Assembly (NCBI GenBank): GCA_039621445.1
Contig: CP154954.1
Location: forward strand, 35,697,703 to 35,761,702
Origin: Euglena gracilis
Lineage: Eukaryota
DNA length: 64,000 nucleotides
Direction: 5' to 3'
This document shows positions 27,101 through 37,000 of the stretch, one piece after another. Every line of letters begins with the position of its first letter. Position 1 is the first letter of the stretch. Both the position numbers and the translations under genes were made by a program. Below the pieces are notes generated by a model, which was given only the letters and a program-made list of their open reading frames with translations, was not told the DNA's origin and did not search any database.

Positions 27101-29222
27101 CTTGTTCGCGTTCTCCCGAACAACGAAAAAATTTCCGGTGCATTGGCTTTGCTCCATCCTTAAGCTCGATCTTACAAACACCGAACGGACCGCGTATCGC
27201 GGGGTCGATGTCGCACGCGTATACTGGATTTTCCAGCACACCGTGGAATTCGCGGGTAATCCGCGAACAGAATTCGGCTGACTTAGGATGCTGACCTGCA
27301 CTCTCGATGACTGCGGAAACCGCCAGGGTATCCCTGGGGCTACCGAGCTTCCTCGGCACCGCAAATTCGGACATTCCGAATGCATCGAAGAAACATACGC
27401 GAAAAATGATTTCTTGCAAGGGTGGTAATATTTTACCACAAAAATCCTCAAAAATCGGTACATTAGTGGGTAAATCCCACCAATGAAAACATACATACGA
27501 TAGTTGGGTGAACCATTCCGCTTCCGGAATGATGGGTATGAGAATAACTCCACGGGCTTCATCCCGCAGAATTTTCTCAACCGCACATTCGATAAGTTTT
27601 GGGGGAGGGTGCATCCATAACACCGTATCACCCCAAAATTTATCAAATGCGTTGGAGTGTTGTGACCAATGACGTGGCAAACGGGCATGTGCATTGGATG
27701 AGAAGGCATCGATTTCCAATGCCAAATCAAAAGAATCAGCCAATGTCGCGATTTTGGAAAACCATCGTTCCAAAATGCGATATTGACCAAAATTGAAAGC
27801 ATTCCATACGCGTTTCGCGTATTCATGCACCCGATTTTCGGGTTGAAGGGTAGAAACACAATGAATGGATCCACAAACATGCGGGTGGTCGTCAACTACC
27901 ACAAGGGTTAATCCCAAGGGAGTTTGGACAGGTTGGGGGTTTCCCCATTCCGCATCAAATCCGTACCAAGTGTGATCGCGATTGTAATTAGGAATCGCGC
28001 TTTTCGCGTTTCCGAACAACGAGGCTAATCCGCGTTGTTGGAGTACTCGGTGTATCTCCGCGCATTGCGGGCTACAACCAAGTGTATCATGGGGGGTGGA
28101 TTCCGTTTTCGGAATTGCGATTAGTGTCGGATTTTGAACTAAACATCCACAATCGAAATCCGATTGGGTGGAAATTCTCCTGCAGTGCACACATTGGAAG
28201 GAAGTGTGATGTTGTGACGGGTGTGCGTGAAAGTGGGTGTCGATGGCATTAGCCGGTGAGTCTTGTACAGGTGTGCCTGGATTCGGCACAACTGGTGGGA
28301 AACGGAGTGGTGGTGTAGCTGGGCGACTACTCGACACCGATATATCTTCAGGCCTTTGGGCTTTCGTCTTGTAACCCAGTGGAACGGCGGGGGTACCGCT
28401 ACTCGCTTGCCCTGCCTCATGTGGAACGCATGTTGGTGTGTCATTGGGCAGGGGGGAGGCTTTCTCCGTACCCCGGGTGTGGAAAACGGTTGTTGGTGTG
28501 GTGGGTAACGGTGTTGCCATTGTGGGTAACGGTGTGGGCAAAGCGGTGGTCATCATAGTGGATGACAACGGTGATGGTGGTTTGGGTGTCAATGAAGTGG
28601 TGAGTGCTGTGCGCAAACCGTGGGAGTGGCAATCCACAACCAATCGGTACTGGCGTAAAAATGGGTATCCCAAAATTACGTCAGACCCGTGAATTCCGGA
28701 CTCGTAACCCCAAATATTGGTGAAATGTTGTAATTGTGGGGGTTGTGAGTGATGCTTCGGAATGATGGGCAAGAGTATCTCGAGCACACATCCCAAATCA
28801 CCACCACACATGGGGGTGTTATCCGCGGTTGTAATTTTGATCGGTTTCTTGGCGCTTACCAAGAGCGGGGTCGGTATCAACCCCAACCGAAAGAGCAGTG
28901 CAATGCGACAACCAGTGTCAATGAGAATTTTGACTTTGGTGGAGAAATTTTGAATGCGGATTTCCGCTTGGACGAGTAATTCCATTGGTGGTACGCAAAG
29001 TGAAGGGTCTGGCGGAAATACGTTTGCATGCCAGCTCTCCCATGAACCCTTTCCCACTTTGCTCAGCATTCCGAGCGGAAATGTAGAATGGGGGGTAGGG
29101 GACCCGAAATAATTCCGGGTACTGACCGTGAAGGCGGATGGGCAGGGGGGGTAAGGTTGATCAGGTCTTACCTCCATCTGTTCATCAGCCCAGAGGTCCG
29201 TGCCCTCGGACCTCGGGCTCCC
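24119..29222 (-). pseudogene. pol: pol of element B: protease (DTG 28911-28919), Dam-like MTase fold (~27380-27790), RT (YIDD ~26670-26681), RNase H, integrase (HHCC, D-D-E), chromodomain (~24150-24310); four frameshifts (~26385, ~25220, ~24755, ~24390)
   Basis: Motifs HNHGHPG..CQIC, SLCMDF, IVRDQD, GRAEAAVK and FVVDKIIDHK..WKVRWKGYGPEEDTWEP. Confidence 0.93.
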
Positions 29223-29225
29223 CTA
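29138..29225 (-). promoter_or_regulatory. Putative UAG readthrough signal of element B
   Basis: Stop, spacer and stem identical to those at 12292-12330; pol ATG lies 15 codons downstream in the same frame. Confidence 0.75.
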
Positions 29226-32200
29226 CTCCAAGTCCGAACCGGCCGCATAGCCGGCAACGGACTTTTTGGTGGAATAGATGGAATTCAATGAGCGCACCGC
29301 CATTCGGGCCTCATTAAATTCCCCGTCCGAGGTCTCATCCCCCTCCCTGCCCGAAGCCGGGGTGTCCTCCTCCAAACAAGATATCTTGAAACCGACCTTT
29401 TGCCGGTTGGAGGAGTAACCACGGTCATCGCGGCGCTTACCGCGATTTCCGTAGCCGGGCCGGGGGGAACGAGATCTGGGACATTTGGATGCGTGGTGGT
29501 CTTTGGAACCGCAAAGTGAACAACGGGATTTGTGGAGGGAACGGTATTCCGTTCTTTCGTCAAACCGTCGTGGTGAACGGGTTTCCCGTCGACCATGACC
29601 GGTGTATCGGGACTTCCCCGTTGACTCGCGTGAAGAGGATGATCCACTTCGCGAACGAGATCGTGAAGAATCGCGGTTGAAATCCCGTTTTCGGGCAGGG
29701 GGGCCAGGTGACCGACCGCGAGAAGGACGGGTTTCCCGACCATCACGCGATGGTGACTTGGGCCTACTACCGCTAAAGCGGTTCTCCGAAGACCGTGAAA
29801 CTCCCGATTGACGTGAAAACGCCGAGGAACCCGATCCCCGTGAGGAGGTCGAGCCCCTTGGGCTTCCAATACGCTTTCGCGCATCGGGATTCGGGCATTC
29901 CCGAGACATGTGACCAGATTTGTTGCACAAAAAGCACAGTTTATCCGTGCCCTGGTCCGAAGAACGCTGATTCCGCGTTTTCGGTCCCGTGGTGGGTGAT
30001 CTTGGTGACATGGGTGATTTTTGCAACGCATTAACCGCACCCGCAGGGATTCCCGCGGTGGGATGCGTTTGGAAAGCGGACTGTATTTGTCCCAAAACTT
30101 GTGTGAGCTTGAGTTGCTTTGACACATAATTCCAACGTTGGGCAAGAGTCATCTCATGCCCTGCCAACTCCTCGCGATGGATATCCTTCACGAGGGATGG
30201 TGTGAAATGCAACAAAACCGCATCGAATTGTTCGCGCATTTGCTTCTCGCTAAGTTCATCAACTTCGGAAGCAAGTGCTAACCATTTGGCATACCAAAGG
30301 TCAATGGATTTCCATTTGCGATCCGATGGCGCGCTTTGTCGCCACTTCTTCTCCAGGGTAATCCTGGTGACCAAACTTGAGTTGGTTGAAGCGTATTGCT
30401 CAACCAGGTCATCGAATGATACGCCATTACGTATCACCAAATTGCGTGCGCGTTCTCGCTCCTCCCTCGGTAGGCAATCGATGAATTCCATCTTGACTAC
30501 CTCGGGATTCGGGTCTTGGGTGGGTCCCTTTAGTGCCCAATAGTACTCCCAATCCCGAAAAAATTGTCTCCATGTGGTTGGATCCCCGTCCCATTGGGGC
30601 TTCACCTTGTTCGCGATTGCGATGGTGCCCTTGAAGTCTCTCTGAGTAACCCGCTGACCCTCGGTGGTATTCCAGGGGTTTGGGTCAGGGTAATTCTTAA
30701 CACCAAACGCGTTTCGCGGATTTTCCGCTCCATGTGTAACCCGTGCAGGATTTCCCGCACCAAGTGTAAGGTTGGCAGGATTTTCCTGCGGGAATTGCGA
30801 AAAATGTGGTGAAATTCTCCCGGTGGGGCGGGTTTCCGGCCAAGAAACCGATGGGTGATTCGGTAATTCAGAACCCGTTGGTGGTTGGTATGATCGCGAA
30901 TGCGACACATGACCAATACCAGGTGTGGGGTGTTGGCTCATTCCTCGTACAAGGTTGGAATGTTGAATTTCTTGGTGGAGACTCGAATTTTCGAGTGGGG
31001 GGTCAATTTCCTCATCGGAAATGTCGTGTGAAGAGTGAGTTTGTGGTGTTGGCAAATGCAAAGGTGGTACAATTCGCGTTTTCGCGGGTGGTTGTACCAA
31101 ATTCGCGGTGGATGTAGGGATTCCTACTCCAGAAATGGTAATTTGAGAACGCGATTCCGGGACATTTGGAATACCAACCGCAGCGCTTACCGCGGTGGAT
31201 GGTGGCACAACCGGTATCGGAGTGGACATTTTATCCAAACTCGCGGACAAGTCATGCACCGTTTCTTCCAAATGTTCCACCAACTGGAGTTGGCCGCAAA
31301 TACGGTCAACCTCAGTCTCCAAATGCCTAATGCGTTTGCGGTAACGGGAAAAATCTTCCAAGTGTGGCAACTTTTCAGAAACCAAGTGTAATTCTTGGGC
31401 AAGATTTCCTTGGGACTCCTCCACATTCCGGAGTTGACCCGCAAGCGCTTTTACCGCATTTGAGACGGTTTGCAATTGGTGGAGTGACTTGGTGGGGGTT
31501 TCCACGGTGGTGCGCGAATTTTCCGCGGTTGGCTTTTCCAACAACGCAGAAATTCGTCCATCCAACCGAGAACCCTCATCTTGCATGGATCGGGCATTCC
31601 GATTCACGCTTTCCTCAATTTGGAGCAAACTTGTACAAAATGCTTGCAAGGTTTCCTTGTTGTCACCAAGCACTTTGTCATAAAAGGAGCGAAATTCCGG
31701 TGACTCGGATATCCGAGCACGCGAAATGGGGGGTAGTGAGCGGATTTCCGTCACTGTGGTGGACAACAAGGTGCAAAGGGTTTGTAATTCCCCAATAGCG
31801 GCTTGAATACCACTAATGTCGGGAATTCGCTTGGAAAGTGCAGAAACATGCTCCTGCAAACCGACAACGGTGGCATTAATACCGCCAATGTCCGTTTGCA
31901 TTTGTTGTTGCGTAAAATCCAACCGTTGTGCGCAATCCGCGATTTTCGCGTTCAAGGTGGTTAATCCATCCTGATTTGCGGCACAATGGCAGGATTTTTG
32001 CTCCAAGTGTGAAATTCGTTCCTCCAAAAGCTGGATTTGCGTACGGGGAACAAAATTTTCTTGCACTTTCGCCTGAAATTGCTTCAAATGCTCGATTTCC
32101 GAGCCAAGATGCAAAATCCGTTGTTGCGCTTCTTGGAAAGAAGTGGTAAGTGCGGCAAAATGCTCAACCGCGACAAAGTTACCGATTTCCGGCATTTTGG

Positions 32201-33281
32201 GGGTGGCATTTTGCGCTTGTAACTGCTGCTGCAACTGCAGTAACATGGTTGAACAGGATTCCAATTGGGCAAAAAGATGGCTCATACCATCCTGCACATG
32301 CAGAAACTTGGAATCATTCCGCGTTTCCGCTTCATGCAGCATTTCGCTGATTTGTTGGAAATTTTGTGGAAGTTGGATGCGCAAAATACTGTCAACACTT
32401 TCTCGAAAATGCTGAAGGTCTTTCCCCGCATTTTCAAAATTGTGTTGGCAATATTTGCCGATTTCCTGCAAATAATTCCAGCAACATTCCAGTTTGGTGT
32501 TGGCAACCCTTTGATTGTCCTCATCAAACTGCAAAACTTTGTTGAGCATGGTTGCGCATTCCGCAACGTATTGGTGGACATGCAAAATTTGCTTACTCAG
32601 CGGGTGATCCGCTGGGAGTTGACCGAGAATTCGGTAAACATCACCGGGGGTGAGGTTATCCCTCAAATCTTCCTCATAGTCCTCCACAATGGAAACGGCA
32701 CCAGAGATTTCCGGTACCACCAGACGCATATCTGGGTTCCATGGCAATGCAGGGAAAACCGCAGCTTCCGCGGGTAATCCCGGCAAAGCGTGAAATGGTG
32801 TGGGGGGTGGTAATTGAGGGGGGGGTTGGAAAAAACACGGTGTTTCCACCGAGTTGCACTCCAAAAGGCCCACCGGTGCTTCCACCGGGGATCTTTTGGG
32901 TGTGAACAGAGCAAAGGGCAAATACCCCTCACTTTGTTCATGGGTAACATGAGTAACCAAGTGTGAGGATGCAAGGGGTTCATCCCCTCGCCGTATCAAT
33001 GATGGGTGAATCGGGATGGAGGAAGGCATTTTGCCACCTACATCCCGCACAATCAATGACAATGATGATGAAGAGGGCTCATTACCCCCATGCAACAATA
33101 AAGGCGTTTCGCCTTTTGACAATGACAAATGAGTCAAATTGCCTTCTTCTTGCTTGGGGGGTCGGGAATTGGAACTTGTTTCATTCAAACCGTTCCAATC
33201 CCCGCAATCTTCATCACAATTGCTCAATGAACTCATCAACAAGTCATAATCAAATTTGGGGTTGGGGCTTGTGCTCTGCAT
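29223..33281 (-). CDS. gag: Gag-like polyprotein (~1350 aa): long coiled-coil-like N-half, probable capsid region, two CCHC knuckles separated by an RS-rich tract
   Basis: Uninterrupted ORF, first ATG at 33281; CFLCNKSGHMSREC (29895-29936) and CSLCGSKDHHASKC (29481-29522). Confidence 0.9.
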   Translation of the reverse strand: MQSTSPNPKFDYDLLMSSLSNCDEDCGDWNGLNETSSNSRPPKQEEGNLTHLSLSKGETPLLLHGGNEPSSSSLSLIVRDVGGKMPSSIPIHPSLIRRGDEPLASSHLVTHVTHEQSEGYLPFALFTPKRSPVEAPVGLLECNSVETPCFFQPPPQLPPPTPFHALPGLPAEAAVFPALPWNPDMRLVVPEISGAVSIVEDYEEDLRDNLTPGDVYRILGQLPADHPLSKQILHVHQYVAECATMLNKVLQFDEDNQRVANTKLECCWNYLQEIGKYCQHNFENAGKDLQHFRESVDSILRIQLPQNFQQISEMLHEAETRNDSKFLHVQDGMSHLFAQLESCSTMLLQLQQQLQAQNATPKMPEIGNFVAVEHFAALTTSFQEAQQRILHLGSEIEHLKQFQAKVQENFVPRTQIQLLEERISHLEQKSCHCAANQDGLTTLNAKIADCAQRLDFTQQQMQTDIGGINATVVGLQEHVSALSKRIPDISGIQAAIGELQTLCTLLSTTVTEIRSLPPISRARISESPEFRSFYDKVLGDNKETLQAFCTSLLQIEESVNRNARSMQDEGSRLDGRISALLEKPTAENSRTTVETPTKSLHQLQTVSNAVKALAGQLRNVEESQGNLAQELHLVSEKLPHLEDFSRYRKRIRHLETEVDRICGQLQLVEHLEETVHDLSASLDKMSTPIPVVPPSTAVSAAVGIPNVPESRSQITISGVGIPTSTANLVQPPAKTRIVPPLHLPTPQTHSSHDISDEEIDPPLENSSLHQEIQHSNLVRGMSQHPTPGIGHVSHSRSYQPPTGSELPNHPSVSWPETRPTGRISPHFSQFPQENPANLTLGAGNPARVTHGAENPRNAFGVKNYPDPNPWNTTEGQRVTQRDFKGTIAIANKVKPQWDGDPTTWRQFFRDWEYYWALKGPTQDPNPEVVKMEFIDCLPREERERARNLVIRNGVSFDDLVEQYASTNSSLVTRITLEKKWRQSAPSDRKWKSIDLWYAKWLALASEVDELSEKQMREQFDAVLLHFTPSLVKDIHREELAGHEMTLAQRWNYVSKQLKLTQVLGQIQSAFQTHPTAGIPAGAVNALQKSPMSPRSPTTGPKTRNQRSSDQGTDKLCFLCNKSGHMSRECPNPDARKRIGSPRGSTSSRGSGSSAFSRQSGVSRSSENRFSGSRPKSPSRDGRETRPSRGRSPGPPARKRDFNRDSSRSRSRSGSSSSRESTGKSRYTGHGRRETRSPRRFDERTEYRSLHKSRCSLCGSKDHHASKCPRSRSPRPGYGNRGKRRDDRGYSSNRQKVGFKISCLEEDTPASGREGDETSDGEFNEARMAVRSLNSIYSTKKSVAGYAAGSDLE

Positions 33282-33507
33282 CTTTTGAGATGGGTAAAAA
33301 GGCAAAAACCCAAAAATTCACACAAATAAGCAGAGAAACAGGGACCAGAAAGGTTGTATCGGCGATTACCGAACAGAGCCTTCTGAGACCTGTATCCTTG
33401 CTTAAAGGTTGGCTAGGGGCCAGGAACAGTACTTTCACCGTGTTTCACGGCTCAGTACGATCCTCACCACCAGTCAACCACAGAGTTTCTCTGTGTGGAA
33501 CGTCTGT

Positions 33508-33591
33508 GTAGGATCGTTGCCTAAATCTGCTACCAAGTGTATTACCTGGTAGCCTTTCTTCCTGTAGGATCTTTGACCTGTTCTGCTACCA
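33508..33591 (-). promoter_or_regulatory. Tandemly duplicated primer-binding site complementary to initiator Met-tRNA 3' end
   Basis: Minus strand TGGTAGCAGA lies one base after the LTR and again 56 bp further in. Confidence 0.85.
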
Positions 33592-33592
33592 A

Positions 33593-34001
33593 GTGTACGT
33601 CCAAGGACTTCCCTTTGACCCCTTTTGTCCCGGAAAAGCCTGTTTCGCTTTCTCCTGGTGCGCACCTACTTAGGTGAGTAAAAATCCTTGGAGTAACAAA
33701 AGCCCTTTTCCCAATTCCCCTATGCTAAGGCAGAGCACAAAGCAAGGCGCTGTAGAAGGATTTTCCTTCACAGTCGAGTTCAGTCTTTTCAGAGGTTAAT
33801 CCTCTTGCTTCAAAACAATCAAAATGTGAAGAATAGAACACCACCTGTGGGGAAAAGAGATCACGCAGGCACGTGTGATACGTGTCGCTAAATCCCATAG
33901 GATCTGCCACGATCGTCAGGCTGTGTTCATCACAGCCGTCAGATTGTGACGGATCCAGACTCTGCAGGTTTCCCACAGAGCTGGGATCGTGCCTGGTACA
34001 C
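33593..34001 (-). repeat. 5' LTR of element B (409 bp)
   Basis: Adjacent to the PBS; abuts the satellite. Confidence 0.95.
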
Positions 34002-37000
34002 CCATCTAAATGTGCTCATTTCCTGCAACCAACATTCCCGATGCATGGTTTACTTACCATTAAACCACGGCAATCATGAAACCAACGGGTCCTCTGACTT
34101 TGGAGGCCTCCTGGAACACCCATTCGGTTACTCGGAGTAAGGCCCAATTTGGTCCATTTTCACATGGTAATCTGGGCTGACCTGGTAAATGTCCCCGGGA
34201 ATGGTCGAATGCACCCATCTAAATGTGCTCATTTCTTGCAACCAACATTCCCGCTGCATGTTTTTCTTACCATTAAACCACGACAATCATGAAACCAACG
34301 GGCCACCAGACTTTGGAGGCCTCCTGGAACACCCATTCGGTTACTCGGAGTAAGGCCCAATTTGGTCCATTTTTACATGGTAACCTGGGCTGACCTGGTA
34401 AATGTCCCCCGGAATGGTCGAATGCACCCATCTAAATGTGCTCATTTCTTGCAACCAACATTCCCGCTGCATGTTTTTCTTACCATTAAACCACGACAAT
34501 CATGAAACCAACGGGCCACCAGACTTTGGAGGCCTCCTGGAACACCCATTCGGTTACTCGGAGTAAGGCCCAATTTGGTCCATTTTTACATGGTAACCTG
34601 GGCTGACCTGGTAAATGTCCCCCGGAATGGTCGAATGCACCCATCTAAATGTGCTCATTTCTTGCAGCCAACATTCCCGCTGCATGTTTTTCTTACCGTT
34701 AAACCACGGCCATCATGACACCAACGGGTCCTCTGACTTTGGAGGCCTCCTGGAACACCCATTCGGTTACTCGGAGTAAGTTCCAATTTGGTCCATTTTT
34801 ACATGGTAACCTGGGCTGACCTGGTAAATGTCCCCCGGAATGGTCGAATGCATCCATCTAAATGTGCTCATTTCTTGCAACCAACATTCCCGCTGCATGT
34901 TTTTCTTACCATTAAACCACGACAATCATGAAACCAACGGGCCACCAGACTTTGGAGGCCTCCTGGAACACCCATTCGGTTACTCGGAGTAAGGCCCAAT
35001 TTGGTCCATTTTTACATGGTAACCTGGGCTGACCTGGTAAATGTCCCCCGGAATGGTCGAATGCACCCATCTAAATGTGCTCATTTCTTGCAGCCAACAT
35101 TCCCGCTGCATGTTTTTCTTACCGTTAAACCACGGCCATCATGACACCAACGGGTCCTCTGACTTTGGAGGCCTCCTGGAACACCCGTTCGGTTACTCGG
35201 AGTAAGGCCCAATTTGGCCCATTTTTACATGGTAACCTGGACTGACCTGGTAAATGTCCCCCGGAATGGTCGAATGCACCCATCTAAATGTGCTCATTTC
35301 TTGCAACCAACATTCCCGCTGCATGTTTTTCTTACCATTAAACCACGACAATCATGAAACCAACGGATCCCCTGAGTTTGGAGGCCTCCTGAAACACCCA
35401 TTCGGTTACTCGGAGTAAGGCCCAGTTTGGTCCATTTTTACATGGTAACCTGGGCTGACCTGGTAAATGTCCCCCGGAATGGTCGAATGCACCCATCTAA
35501 ATGTGCTCATTTCCTGCAACCAACATTCCTGCTGCATGATTATTTAACCGTTAAACCACGGCAATCATGAAACCAACGGGTCCCCTGACTTTGGAGGCCT
35601 CCTGGAACACCCATTCGGTTACTCGGAGTAAGGCCCAATTTGGTCCATTTTTACATGGTAACCTGGACTGACCTGGTAAATGTCCCCCGGAATGGTCGAA
35701 TGTACCCATCTAAATGTGCTCATTTCTTGCAACCAACATTCCCGCTGCATGTTTTTCTTACCATTAAACCACCACAGTCATGAAACCAACGGGTCCACTG
35801 ACTTTGGAGGCCTCCTGGAACACCCATTCGGTTACTCGGAGTAAGGCCTAATTTGGTCCATTTTTACATGGTAACCTGGGCTGACCTGGTAAATGTCCCC
35901 CGGAATGGTCGAATGCACCAATCTAAATTTGCTCGATTCTTGCAACCAACATTCCCGCTGCATGTTTTTCTTACCATTAAACCACGACAATCATGAAACC
36001 AACGGGTCCACTGACATTTTGAGGCCTCCTGGAACACCCATTCGGTTACTCGGAGTAAGGCCCAATTTAGTCCATTTTTACACGGTAACCTGGGCTGACC
36101 TGGTAAATGTCCCCCGGAATGGTCGAATGCACCCATCTAAATGTGCTCATTTCTTGCAACCAACATTCCCGCTGCATGTTTTTCTTACCATTAAACCACG
36201 ACAATCATGAAACCAACGGGTCCACTGACATTTTGAGGCCTCCTGGAACACCCATTCGGTTACTCGGAGTAAGGCCCAATTTGGTCCATTTTTACATGGT
36301 AACCTGGGCTGACCTGGTAAATGTCCCCCGGAATGGTCGAATGCACCCATCTAAATGTGCTCATTTCTTGCAACCAACATTCCCGCTGCATTTTTTTCTT
36401 ACCATTGAACCACGGCCATCATGAGACCAACGTGTCCCCTGACTTTGGAGGCCTCCTGGAACACCCATTCGGTTACTCGGAGTAAGGCCCAATTTGGTCC
36501 ATTTTTACATGGTAACCTGGGCTGACCTGGTAAATGTCCCCCGAAATGGTCGAATGCACCAATCTAAATGTGCTCATTTCTTGCAACCAACATTCCCGCT
36601 GCATGTTTTTCTTCCCATTAAACCACGACAATCATGAAACCAACGGATCCACTGACTTTGGAGGCCTCCTGGAACACCCATTCGGTTACTCTGAGTAAGG
36701 CCCAATTTGGTCCATTTTTGCATGGTAACCTGGGCTGACGTGGTAAATGTCCCCCGGAATGGTCGAATGCACCCATCTAAATGTGCTCTGTTCTTGTAAC
36801 CAACATTCCTGCTGCATGTTTTTCTTACCATTAAACCACGACAATCAAGAAACCAAAGGAGCCCCTGACTTTGGAGGCCTCCTGGAACACCCATTCGGTT
36901 ACTCGGAGTAAGGCCCAATTTGGTCCATTTGTACATGGTAACCTGGGCTGACCTGGTAAATGTCCGCCGGAATGGTCAAATGCACCCATCTAAATGTGCT

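Larger units (their letters stand above)
17198..34001 (-). mobile_element. Ty3/gypsy chromovirus-type LTR retrotransposon B, near full length (16.8 kb)
   Basis: Two 409-bp LTRs (about 2 differences by eye), PBS, PPT, gag, pol in order PR-RT-RH-IN-chromodomain, plus an extra ORF. Confidence 0.95.

Noticed and set aside
29223-29225. TAG as evidence of a reassigned genetic code
   Set aside because: Multi-kb gag and pol frames have no other in-frame TAG/TAA attributable to reassignment; this single conserved TAG has a dedicated downstream structure.
33508-33535. tRNA gene
   Set aside because: Only positions 49-76 are mimicked, CCA included; there is no D arm or anticodon arm, so it is a PBS.
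17198-34001. Classification as a DIRS element because of the MTase domain
   Set aside because: Has direct LTRs, PBS, PPT, an aspartic protease, a DDE integrase and a chromodomain; no tyrosine recombinase motif was seen.
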